32,000 bases of DNA from Candidatus Saccharimonadota bacterium (GTDB lineage: Bacteria > Pseudomonadota > Alphaproteobacteria > Rickettsiales > Anaplasmataceae). The notes beneath the pieces were generated by a model. The model was not told the DNA's origin. It made no database searches and was given only the letters and a program-made list of their open reading frames with translations. Each line of letters begins with the position of its first letter. Positions within the stretch are counted from its first letter, which is position 1. Below are positions 9,624 through 19,138 of the stretch, piece by piece. The position numbers were made by a program, and so were the translations under genes. The DNA lies in assembly GCF_013365495.1 (NCBI RefSeq), contig NZ_CP046580.1, forward strand, positions 420,001 through 452,000, given 5' to 3'.

Positions 9624-11375
9624 ATGAAATTAAAATCTATATACTTAATTTCAAAACTTTTAAGTAACATGCAATCTAATATTAGGCAATTATTTTACTA
9701 TATAAAACCTAATCTATATTACTTTATTATAGCTTTTATTGCAGTTCTATCTTCTGCTTTAATGATTCTTCTTTTTGGCAGGGGCTTGAGTAGTATAATT
9801 GACTTTGGTACAGGACATAGCTTTACTACTAAATTAGTAGCAACTATATTTATAGTTTTAGCCATTTCTCTTGCTGCATTTATTAGGTTATACTTTATTG
9901 GAATTGGTAGCGAGAAAGTTATTGCAAAAATCAGGTATGATTTATATAGTAATATTATCGATTTACAACCAAGTTTTTTTGAGAACACAGGTGTGCAAGA
10001 TGTGATCTCAGCATTAATCACTGATACTTCTGTGCTGCAATCAATAATAAATAGTAGTCTACTTACCATATTAAGAAATTCAGTATTACTAATTGGTAGT
10101 GTTACTATGTTGATATATACTAATTTGCATTTAACCGCATATGCAGCTGCAATAGTACCAATATTGTTAATCATTATGACATCACTTGGAAAAAAGGTGC
10201 GTAATTACGCACGCCTTGCTCAGAGTAAGTTAAGAGAACTTGCATCACTTAGTGAGGAAAATTTCCGATCTATAGCAACTATTAAGTCGTTTGTGTTAGA
10301 AGAGAATGAGAAAGTTCGTTTTAAAGAGTACTTAAACTCAGTATCAAAGTCATATATAAAATTAGTGTTTTTGCGTGCTATTTTAGTAACTTTAATTATC
10401 TTATGTGTAATAGGTTCGTTAATTATTTTGCTTTTTTTTGGTATCAGAGAAGTTTTAAGCAGTAATATGACTATTGGAGAGCTCTCCTCATTCGTGTTTT
10501 ATTCAGCTCTTGCAGCTGGGGCTGTAAATAATTTGAGCGATAACATCAGTGATTTACAACGAGGCCTTGGAGTAGTAGAACGCTTACTTGAACTCAAAGA
10601 TATAAAAAGCTCTATAACGGACATTAGTAATCCCATTAAAATTTATAATATCCAAAAAGAAATTAAGTTCAACAATGTAACGTTCTTTTATGAATCTCAC
10701 TTAAATAAACCAGTATTAAATAATGTATCCTTTTCTATAAAGGTAGGTCAATCTGTTTCAATCATTGGACCATCTGGCAGTGGTAAAAGTACTATTTTAA
10801 AACTTTTGTTTCGCTTCCATGATCCAACTCAAGGTAATATTACTATTGATGGGCATAATATTAAGTCAATTGCATTAAACAATCTTAGGTTATTATTTGG
10901 TTTAGTACCCCAAGATCATATGATATTTTCTTGTTCAATAATGGAAAATATACTATACGGTAAACCAAGTGCTGAGTATGAAGAAGTAAAACAAGCAGCT
11001 ATCAGTGCTTATGCAATGGAGTTTATCGATAAATTACCAAATAAATTTGATACATTTGTAGGAAAGAGAGGATTAAAGCTTTCTGAAGGACAAAAACAAC
11101 GTATTATAATAGCAAGAGCCATACTTAAAAACCCCCAGGTTTTAATATTGGATGAAGCAACTTCTGCCCTTGATTATAAAAGTGAGAATCTTATACAAAA
11201 AGCGCTAAATAAGTTAATGCAGAATAGAACAACGATCATGATTACACATAGATTGTCATCTACACTTAAAACCGATAAGATTGTAGTAGTTAATCATGGA
11301 GAAATAGAAGAAATAGGGACTCATGACTCACTCATGAATAAAAATGGATTATATGCAAAATTAGTAAAAATATAG
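9624..11375 (+). CDS. ABC exporter, fused permease/ATPase (MsbA/ABCB-like)
   Basis: The N-terminal half has six hydrophobic segments. The C-terminal half has Walker A GPSGSGKST, signature LSEGQKQR, Walker B LILDEATSALD and H-loop ITHRL. The start is uncertain: the track uses TTG at 9588, the ATG at 9624 gives MKLKS, and the ATG at 9669 gives MQSNIRQLFYYIKP. Confidence 0.9.
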   Translation: MKLKSIYLISKLLSNMQSNIRQLFYYIKPNLYYFIIAFIAVLSSALMILLFGRGLSSIIDFGTGHSFTTKLVATIFIVLAISLAAFIRLYFIGIGSEKVIAKIRYDLYSNIIDLQPSFFENTGVQDVISALITDTSVLQSIINSSLLTILRNSVLLIGSVTMLIYTNLHLTAYAAAIVPILLIIMTSLGKKVRNYARLAQSKLRELASLSEENFRSIATIKSFVLEENEKVRFKEYLNSVSKSYIKLVFLRAILVTLIILCVIGSLIILLFFGIREVLSSNMTIGELSSFVFYSALAAGAVNNLSDNISDLQRGLGVVERLLELKDIKSSITDISNPIKIYNIQKEIKFNNVTFFYESHLNKPVLNNVSFSIKVGQSVSIIGPSGSGKSTILKLLFRFHDPTQGNITIDGHNIKSIALNNLRLLFGLVPQDHMIFSCSIMENILYGKPSAEYEEVKQAAISAYAMEFIDKLPNKFDTFVGKRGLKLSEGQKQRIIIARAILKNPQVLILDEATSALDYKSENLIQKALNKLMQNRTTIMITHRLSSTLKTDKIVVVNHGEIEEIGTHDSLMNKNGLYAKLVKI

Positions 11376-12996
11376 CAGTATAATTTATTGAAATACAATT
11401 TAAATAAAAAAAAGTTTTAATTATGCTATTATGAGTTAGGTTTTTATTTTTAATTCAGAATTAAATTATTTAATCTTAAATTTTACTGATAAAAAAGTTG
11501 CCATTCTTTTTTTGAAGGGTTGTCATAATTTTTATTATAATATAAAATCATAATAAATATACTTCTTATTTTATAGTATCAGTCTTATTAAAAGATGTTT
11601 TTTGTTGTAAACTTTCAGTATCTTATGTTGTTAACTTTATAATATAATTTTTTACTGATAATGATGCGATTTTTACATAATGCTGCCTATCTACTAAAGA
11701 TTTTTTAAAAATATTTAAACCATATGCTCCTTAAATATGTATTATTTTTAATGTTTTTTAGGATCATGGACATTGAATAACCTGGTATTTTTATTTTTTT
11801 TAATTTTTTTTAACTATTTATGCTATTTAACTCTACAACTATATATTCTAATTTTATTAGATGAGCAATAAGCTTTATTTCTCAAACTATCAATCATGAT
11901 ATTTACTAATCAATTTAGTAATGATATCAAAGTGAATCTGTAATTATGTTGAAAATGTGCTCTAAAACGATGATGTTGTATAATTTATAATGTTCTAAAC
12001 ATATTTTATATTTATTGAGCTTTGCATCTCTTTCGCTGCTTTTCACTTGTTATAATGTAACACGGGTAATTTATAACTTTGATAATATGATAGTATTAGA
12101 ATATATATTAACATATTAAAGTGTAAAGTAAAAGGTAAAAATTAAAAGTTGAAGAAGTTAATAGTATGAGTTCGTAGTAGCTGTTTCTATGGAATGATTT
12201 TGAGAGTAAGTTTTTGTAGATGATTTACAACTTAATAAAATGATAAAAAGATGTAAAAGTGTGTGGAGGATCAAAATAAGTGATACTATTTTTGTCTGAG
12301 AGATCCCCTCATTAATTAATGTTGAGGTTAAAAAAAAAGAGAAAGGTGTAATACTACTTTGTTAATTGTAGTTTTAATAGCTTATTTGTGTATATTCTTA
12401 TACTTTTCTACTAGAAATTTGAAATAAAATCTTAAATTGTTGAGGAATTTGATACTATGAAGTGATACTATTTTAAATAGATTACAAGTAAAATTACAAA
12501 GAATATAGTCAGAAAACTTCCATTACAAATAAATGAGAAAACTTTTTAAAAAATAAATTTAGCAAATATAAAAAAATCGCGTATGTAAAGTTCAATAGAT
12601 AGAAAAATTTTCCTGTGAAGCGTATATTACTTAGTATACTGAAAAGTAGGATGTAACCTTTTATAAAAAATACTTTATATTTACAATATAAGATTAGCAT
12701 ATTACTGTATTCATAACTTTAGTTTTGACAATGTAGTTGATAATTTTTTATAGCCAAGATAGGTCACTTATAGTAAAGATTAAAAATCTATATATTTTTT
12801 TATTTATATAAACCTGTGTTAATCATAGTCCGATTATAAGTTTTAATTATTAATTCATTACAAAAAAAACTATTTATTTTATATGTATTTCTTATTATGA
12901 ATTACATTTAATTCTTATAGAATTACAAATTGAAGATATATCTTCAATTTGTCTTATTCATTTATTATACTATAATAAATTTATAATTTTTGATTG
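11376..12996. other. 1.6-kb spacer between the ABC exporter gene and argS
   Basis: It contains only a 63-aa low-complexity minus-strand ORF (12509-12700). The left part (11401-12060) is skew-neutral, about 68 G to 67 C. The right part (12061-12480) is C-depleted, about 75 G to 27 C. Confidence 0.8.
12925..12952. repeat. 28-bp perfect palindrome upstream of argS
   Basis: The sequence is ACAAATTGAAGATA|TATCTTCAATTTGT. All 14 symmetric pairs are complementary, checked base by base. It ends 45 nt before the argS ATG (12997). TATAAT hexamers lie at 12971-12976 and 12982-12987. Confidence 0.95.
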
Positions 12997-14703
12997 ATGA
13001 ATATTTTTAAACAAATTTTTTTGTTGATTCTTAATAAGTTGGAAGAACTAAAGCAAAAAAATATTATAAATACAAATGTAGAGAATTTTATTTTAAGGTC
13101 TCCAAGTAATAGAGCACATGGTGATATTTATACAAATATTGCTATGATACTTGCGAAATATGAAAGGAAGAGTTCTATTGAAATTGCAGAGGTGTTAGCA
13201 GGGGAATTTAAACTTTTTAGTGAAGTTGAAAAAGTAGAAATAGCTGGCTCTGGCTTTATTAATATACATCTAAAAATGGAGGTATGGCATGAAGTTCTTA
13301 AACAAATAAATGAGCTAAAAACAGAGTTTGGTACTTTAAATATTGGAAATGATCAAACTGTAAATATTGAATTTGTATCTGCAAATCCAACTGGCCCACT
13401 CCATATTGGTCATGTAAGAGGAGCAGTATTTGGTGATGTTTTAGCAAATTTACTAAAAAAAGTTGGTTATCAAGTAACTAAGGAGTATTATATTAATGAT
13501 ACTGGAAGACAGATAGATACATTAATTCGATCAGTATATTTACGATACAGAGAAGCTTTAGGAGAGAGTATTAGTATTGAAAAAGGTCTATACCCAGGTG
13601 AGTATTTAAAAGCAATAGGAAAAAAATTAGCTGAAAAATATGGTGAAGGTCTTTTAGAAAAAAGAGATTATCAAGTGATTAAAAATCATGCTTTAAGTTC
13701 TATTTTAGCACTTATAAAAGAAGATATGAATTTGCTCGGAGTAAATCATGATATTTTTACTTCGGAATATGAGTTGCAAAAAAGTGGCAAGATTGAAAAA
13801 AGCATAAAACTATTGTCTGAGAAGGGGTTAGTGTATGAGGGATACCTACAAAGACCGAAGAGTAAAGAAAGTAAAAATTGGACTTCTAGGAAAGAAGTTT
13901 TATTTTGTTCAACAAAATTTGGTGATGATATTGATCGTGCATTAAAAAAGGAAGACGGTAGCTGGACTTATTTCGCATCAGATATAGCTTATCATTTTGA
14001 TAAGATATCACGCGGCTTTAATAATATGGTCATAGAACTTGGTAGTGATCATGGTGGATATGTCAAAAGGCTTAAAGCAGTTGTTTCTGCGCTAAGTGAT
14101 AATAAGGCAAAGATAGAAGTAAAATTGCATAATATTGTAAATTTCTTTGATAATGGAAAACCTATTAAAATGTCTAAAAGGTCAGGAAAATTTTTGACAG
14201 CAAGAGATGTAATCAAAAAGGTAGGTAGGGATATTACCCGCTTTATAATGCTAACTAGTAGGAATGACATGGTTCTTGATTTTGATTTTACTAAAGTGAA
14301 AGAACAATCAAAAGATAATCCTATCTTTTATGTGCAATATGCATATGCACGGGCTTGTTCGTTAATGCGTAATGCTCCGAAAGAACTTCCAAATGTAAAT
14401 CCTTCACTTTTAAAGACTGATGGAGAATTATTACTTATAAAAATATTAGCAAAATGGCCAAGTGTATTAGAAATAGCAGCAAGACTTTATGAACCCCACA
14501 GAATTACTTTCTACTTACTTGAAGTTGCAGAGATATTTCATGCTTTATGGGGATATGGTAAGAATGATTTAAACATGCGATTCATACTAAAAGATAATTT
14601 AAACCTAACTTCTGCAAGAATATTTCTTGTTCAAGCTCTAGCACACATTATTGCTTCTGGACTTTCTATTTTTAATATAAAACCTTTAGAGGAAATGAAA
14701 TAA
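12997..14703 (+). CDS. argS: Arginine--tRNA ligase
   Basis: The ORF carries the class I HIGH motif (SANPTGPLHIGHVRG), the KMSKS-equivalent MSKRSG, and the C-terminal anticodon-binding region (YVQYAYARACS). The track starts at TTG 12994, but the ATG at 12997 is the more likely start. Confidence 0.97.
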   Translation: MNIFKQIFLLILNKLEELKQKNIINTNVENFILRSPSNRAHGDIYTNIAMILAKYERKSSIEIAEVLAGEFKLFSEVEKVEIAGSGFINIHLKMEVWHEVLKQINELKTEFGTLNIGNDQTVNIEFVSANPTGPLHIGHVRGAVFGDVLANLLKKVGYQVTKEYYINDTGRQIDTLIRSVYLRYREALGESISIEKGLYPGEYLKAIGKKLAEKYGEGLLEKRDYQVIKNHALSSILALIKEDMNLLGVNHDIFTSEYELQKSGKIEKSIKLLSEKGLVYEGYLQRPKSKESKNWTSRKEVLFCSTKFGDDIDRALKKEDGSWTYFASDIAYHFDKISRGFNNMVIELGSDHGGYVKRLKAVVSALSDNKAKIEVKLHNIVNFFDNGKPIKMSKRSGKFLTARDVIKKVGRDITRFIMLTSRNDMVLDFDFTKVKEQSKDNPIFYVQYAYARACSLMRNAPKELPNVNPSLLKTDGELLLIKILAKWPSVLEIAARLYEPHRITFYLLEVAEIFHALWGYGKNDLNMRFILKDNLNLTSARIFLVQALAHIIASGLSIFNIKPLEEMK

Positions 14704-16417
14704 GTAAAAATCTAAAAGTAATAGGGGGAACTTTAAGATTACTTATTCCTTAAGTTATAGTAGCATAACCCTTTTTTTATTAATAAAAATACTTCTCCTA
14801 TTGTAACTGCTACTAAAATAAAGCAGTAATGTATCTGTATTGATAAAAAATAAGCGCGATATAAAAATATACTACCTCTGCTAACAAATAGTGAGCCTTA
14901 GGATAAGATGTCTTTGTAGTACGAAAAAAATATTTAATTAGCATTATGGTATGCGATACATGCTTTTTCTGACAAGTCTTTTTATGATTATACCACTTAT
15001 AAAATAGCAATAGTATATTAGCAACTAAAACAGTAAACATAGATGCTATTCCTGCTATCAAAATGCAGCTTTAATTTTTATAGTACTCTTTTATGATGAG
15101 TTTATGTAATGCTTTTGACCTTAGTTTATACATCATATTATTTAATTTACTAATAAGTAGCAAATACTGCTATTTCAGTTATTTTTCAAAATCTAAAATA
15201 TATATCGTAAGAAGATTGAAAATAGAATAGTGAAAAATTTATTACTAGTATAAAGGTCATAATTAATGTTTATAGTTATTACTACTAATGTAGTAACCTC
15301 AAATAGAACTAATGACTATAAAAAAATATAGGGAACAATTTTTATTATAGATAAATAACCTAGATTTGATACAGTGATAATCTTTGTTCTATCCATAGTT
15401 GCTATCTCAGATAAACAAGTGTAATCTAGTGATAGGATGCTTTTTGGGATTTACTTTAATTATCCTTTATTGTAGCTTCTTATGAAGACATATATGCAAT
15501 AGTTATATCAGATATTTGGGAATTGCAGCAAATACAGTGCTCCAACTACAGTTGCATCCTTTTTTATTTCAAGATCGATCAAAAACTCTACTTTTGCTAA
15601 GTTACTACCATAATTACACATTAATGTAATAACTCCTATAAATGTTCAATTGCAGTTAAAATGACAGCAAAAGTTTAAAATACTCAGGTAATAATAATTT
15701 TGCTGGAAGAAAATTAATAATTAGATTCGAATAATGTCTGCTATCAATTGATTGGCTAACAGAAGAAAATGCTCCTGAAAAAAATAGGAAAACTAAACAC
15801 GTAGTTAAGGTATTTTTTCCCATGCTTCACAATAATAGTATCGAGCTCATGTAAATTTTATCTGTTTTGCATAAAATAGCAGAAAGTAGTGTTTGGTAAT
15901 AAGCAAATCACTGGAGAAATTTAATAAAGTAGGTTTTTCAAGTAAAAAAGAATAAGTACCACTATCAAGATAGAAAACTAAAAAATAAATAAAGGAATAA
16001 AAGCAATCATTTTATGAATTGAAAATTTGAATTATGACTAGTTGAATAATTTTAAGCAAGTCTGCTTTTGTTAATTTTATAGAAAGTTGATAATAAAGTT
16101 CAATATTTATTGAGTTTATTAGTTAAATTATATAGTAGTATGCAAAAATTATTTTTGTTTGAAAAATATAATTTCTCAGTATTGCTTTTTAGATGAAGCT
16201 ATAATAGTAGTTATCAAGAAGAAAATTTTTTAGATCTAAAAGAGCTTGATTATAACTTGAAGTAAATTGATTTATTAGGCATAAATATAGCTTATCTATA
16301 ATCACTTATAAAGTTGTATAAAACTTGATCAAGTTTTTATTGTTTGGATTGATCATAGAGAAATATTGAAACAACACAATAGTTAATATTTTATAGAAAT
16401 TTATTTTAAGTAATAAA
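14704..16417. other. 1.7-kb spacer between argS and the pseudouridine synthase gene
   Basis: It contains only an 82-aa hydrophobic minus-strand ORF (14813-15061). See the finding on possible gene relics. Confidence 0.8.
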
Positions 16418-17374
16418 ATGCTTCAGAATATGAAAACTATACTAATAAGAGATAATAATGTTAGGTTAGATAGGTATATAAGAAGAATTTTTCCAGATTT
16501 AAAACAATCTTTAATTGAGAAATCATTAAGGAAAGGGTTGATTAAAGTTAATGCTCGTAGAGCTAAGTCAAGTGATAGAGTATACTCTGGACAAACTATA
16601 ACAATAAAACACTTATACTATCTTCTTGGTAAGACTAATTCCGACTGTAAATATAGTAAAGAGTTAGTGAATATATTAAAAGACAATATCTTATATGAAG
16701 ATGAGTATATAATAGCTATAAATAAACCAGCAGGAGTAATTACTCAAGGTGGTATAAAAGTAAAAGTCAGTATTAGTGGCTTGCTTGATCAAATTAAAGA
16801 AGGAGAAATATTAAAGATTGTTCATAGATTGGATAGGGATACAAGTGGAATAATAATATTTGCACGTAATGCAAATATTGCTAGATATCTTATGAAAGAA
16901 TTTAAAGAACGAAGAGTAAAAAAAATTTATTTAGCACTAATTTCAGGTATACCGAATAAAAATAGGGGAACAATAGATCACCCATTAGTAAAAAAATACA
17001 TTTTAGGTCAAGAAAAAGTGGTTGTCGATGAAAATTCATCTAGGAATGCTATTACGCGTTTTTCGATTATAGCAAAGCTAAAACAAAACGTTGCTTACGT
17101 AAAATTACAACCGATAACTGGTAGAACTCATCAGTTGAGAGTGCATTTAGCTCATATAAACTGTCCTATTCTTGGTGACGGTAAATATGGTGGTAAGAAA
17201 GCTTTTGTTAATGGAATAGCAAAGACGGTTCATCTTCATTCTTATTCTTTATCTTTAAAGTTACCAAATGGCAAGAAAATAACTATTACTGCTTTTCTTC
17301 CTGAGTACTTTAAGAAATCTGTTGAAATATTACACCCTTCATTTTTGAAAATGACTACGAGTAATTATCTATAG
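16418..17374 (+). CDS. RluA-family 23S rRNA pseudouridine synthase (RluC/RluD type, with N-terminal S4-like domain)
   Basis: 318-aa ORF with the catalytic motif HRLDRDTSG, plus KIYLALISG and GRTHQLRVH. The N-terminal RLDRYI...KGLIKVN resembles an S4 RNA-binding domain. Confidence 0.9.
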   Translation: MLQNMKTILIRDNNVRLDRYIRRIFPDLKQSLIEKSLRKGLIKVNARRAKSSDRVYSGQTITIKHLYYLLGKTNSDCKYSKELVNILKDNILYEDEYIIAINKPAGVITQGGIKVKVSISGLLDQIKEGEILKIVHRLDRDTSGIIIFARNANIARYLMKEFKERRVKKIYLALISGIPNKNRGTIDHPLVKKYILGQEKVVVDENSSRNAITRFSIIAKLKQNVAYVKLQPITGRTHQLRVHLAHINCPILGDGKYGGKKAFVNGIAKTVHLHSYSLSLKLPNGKKITITAFLPEYFKKSVEILHPSFLKMTTSNYL

Positions 17375-17550
17375 AAAAAGTAAAAAAACATAAATTCTTA
17401 TGGTTTGAATTTAGACATATTAATTTTTTATCATATATTAAATATGATGAGCATTAAATAAACAGAAGTTGGAAAATAAAATAAATATTTAACAAAAATT
17501 TTAAGTTCTGAAATATTTTGAGTTTAGTATGATAAAATTTTTAGAATGTC

Positions 17551-18564
17551 CTAAGTAATTTGTTTACATTTCTCATTATTAAAATAGTTGGTGGTTTTAT
17601 AAACATCAATATACAACTCATCAGTATTTGGTTCCTTACTATTTTTAGCAAAATCTTCCGATTTTTTTATTAAATTAAGTATTTCTTTATCGATTGCTTT
17701 ACAATCTTCTTCTGAAATAACTTTACTATTTATCATATATTTTTTTAAAGAGCTTATAGGGTCATAATTTAGCTTTATATTCTCAATTTTTTCTTTTGAA
17801 CGATAAGTAGCAGGATCTGACATTGAATGGCCACGATATCTATATGTCTTCATTTCAAGCAGAATAGGACCTTTTCCACTACGTACGTATTTAGCTGCTG
17901 CATCTGTTGCTTCATAAACAGAAAAGCAATCCATTCCATTAACCTGTTTTCCAGGGATACCAAAAATCTCTCCTCTTTTGTATAGCTCAGTTGCTAAAGT
18001 TGCTCTTTGTACGGAAGTTCCCATTGCATATCCATTATTCTCTATAATGTAAATTACTGGCAGTTGCCACAAAGAAGCCATATTAAATGATTCATACACT
18101 TGTCCTTGGTTTGCAGCACCATCACCTAAATATGTGAATACCACGTTGTTTTTTCTCTTATACTTATTAGCAAAAGCTATTCCTGTACCGATTGGAACCT
18201 GTGCACCCACTATTCCATGTCCACCAAAAAAATTTTTCTTAATATCGAATATATGCATTGAACCACCTTTGCCCTTTGAACATCCAGTTTCCTTACCGGT
18301 CAGTTCTGCCATTACAATGTTTGGATCAGAATCACATGCAAGCATTAGACCATGATCTCTATAACTTGTTATGAAAGCGTCACCAGGCTTAGATGCAGCA
18401 TGAGTTCCAATTACAACTGCTTCCTGTCCTATAGATAAGTGACAAAATCCGCTTATTAATCCCATTCCATATAATTGCCCTGCTTTTTCTTCAAACTTGC
18501 GTACTAGTAGCATCTTTCTATAAAATTTAATCATCTGCTCTTTAGTAAAATTTTCTTCTTTCAT
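17551..18564 (-). CDS. pdhA: Pyruvate dehydrogenase E1 component, alpha subunit
   Basis: 337-aa ORF with YRDHG, the TPP-binding GDGAANQGQVYES...NN motif, and YRYRGHSMSDP (the phosphorylation-loop region of E1 alpha). Confidence 0.95.
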   Translation of the reverse strand: MKEENFTKEQMIKFYRKMLLVRKFEEKAGQLYGMGLISGFCHLSIGQEAVVIGTHAASKPGDAFITSYRDHGLMLACDSDPNIVMAELTGKETGCSKGKGGSMHIFDIKKNFFGGHGIVGAQVPIGTGIAFANKYKRKNNVVFTYLGDGAANQGQVYESFNMASLWQLPVIYIIENNGYAMGTSVQRATLATELYKRGEIFGIPGKQVNGMDCFSVYEATDAAAKYVRSGKGPILLEMKTYRYRGHSMSDPATYRSKEKIENIKLNYDPISSLKKYMINSKVISEEDCKAIDKEILNLIKKSEDFAKNSKEPNTDELYIDVYKTTNYFNNEKCKQIT

Positions 18565-18619
18565 ATCAATTCTATTTTCATTAAACTAAAATAATATCAG
18601 AAGTTTACAATATTTTATA

Positions 18620-19051
18620 ATGGATTACTATCGCTGGTTTGAAGCTTTTCATGTTATTTTCGTTATTATGTGGATGGCAGGTATGCTCTACTTACCTAGA
18701 CTTTACGTCTATCATGCAACTGTAGAGTTAGGGTCTGAAAGTGATAGTTTACTCCAAATAATGGAAAAAAGGTTACTTAAATACATTGTAAACCCTGCAA
18801 TGCTTTTTTCATTTATTTTTGGTATTATATTAACAATTATAAGAGAAGCATATTATGAAGGATGGTTTCATATAAAAATATTAGCATTATCTTTCATGTT
18901 TATTATTTATGTACTACTTGTAAAACATAGGAAAAATTTTGCAATGGGCTTAAATAAAAAAGCTCACATTTATTTTCGTATCCTGAATGAGATAGTTACA
19001 GTGCTAATTATAATTATAATTATTACAGTTATTGTAAAACCGTTCTACTAA
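18620..19051 (+). CDS. hemJ: Protoporphyrinogen IX oxidase HemJ (UPF0093 membrane protein)
   Basis: 143-aa ORF with four TM segments. The N-terminal WFEAFHVIFVIMWMAGMLYLPRLYVYH matches the conserved His and LPRL(F/Y)VY signature of the HemJ family. Confidence 0.85.
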   Translation: MDYYRWFEAFHVIFVIMWMAGMLYLPRLYVYHATVELGSESDSLLQIMEKRLLKYIVNPAMLFSFIFGIILTIIREAYYEGWFHIKILALSFMFIIYVLLVKHRKNFAMGLNKKAHIYFRILNEIVTVLIIIIIITVIVKPFY

Positions 19052-19138
19052 CTTCTTTCAGACGTTTACTTAAGAAGTATTGATGTTCTTTAACATTTAT
19101 GATAAAATGTTTTCCTTAAAAATTTTTAATAAAAGGTT

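Noticed and set aside
9719-10174. 151-aa minus-strand ORF
   Set aside because: It is antisense to the transmembrane domain of the ABC exporter and has no independent support.
12279-12475. 15-mer AAGTGATACTATTTT present twice (12279-12293, 12461-12475), and the 9-mer TGATACTAT present three times
   Set aside because: Several 15-mer coincidences are expected among about 5x10^8 position pairs at this composition. The flanks do not align, so this is not a dispersed repeat family.
12509-12700. 63-aa minus-strand ORF in the ABC-argS spacer
   Set aside because: It is extremely F/L/Y/K-rich low-complexity sequence with spacer-like composition, and I see no RBS or motif.
14049-14270. 73-aa minus-strand ORF, and similar ORFs at 18134-18355 (+) and 19896-20168 (-)
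   Set aside because: They are antisense shadows inside argS, pdhA and dxr respectively.
16320-16337. 18-bp perfect palindrome AAAACTTGATCAAGTTTT (GATC core) about 80 nt upstream of the pseudouridine synthase gene
   Set aside because: With 9 pairs, the expected count is about 0.6 per 32 kb at this composition, and the outer arms are A/T runs. It is not distinguishable from chance, though it is worth including if a genome-wide palindrome census is done.
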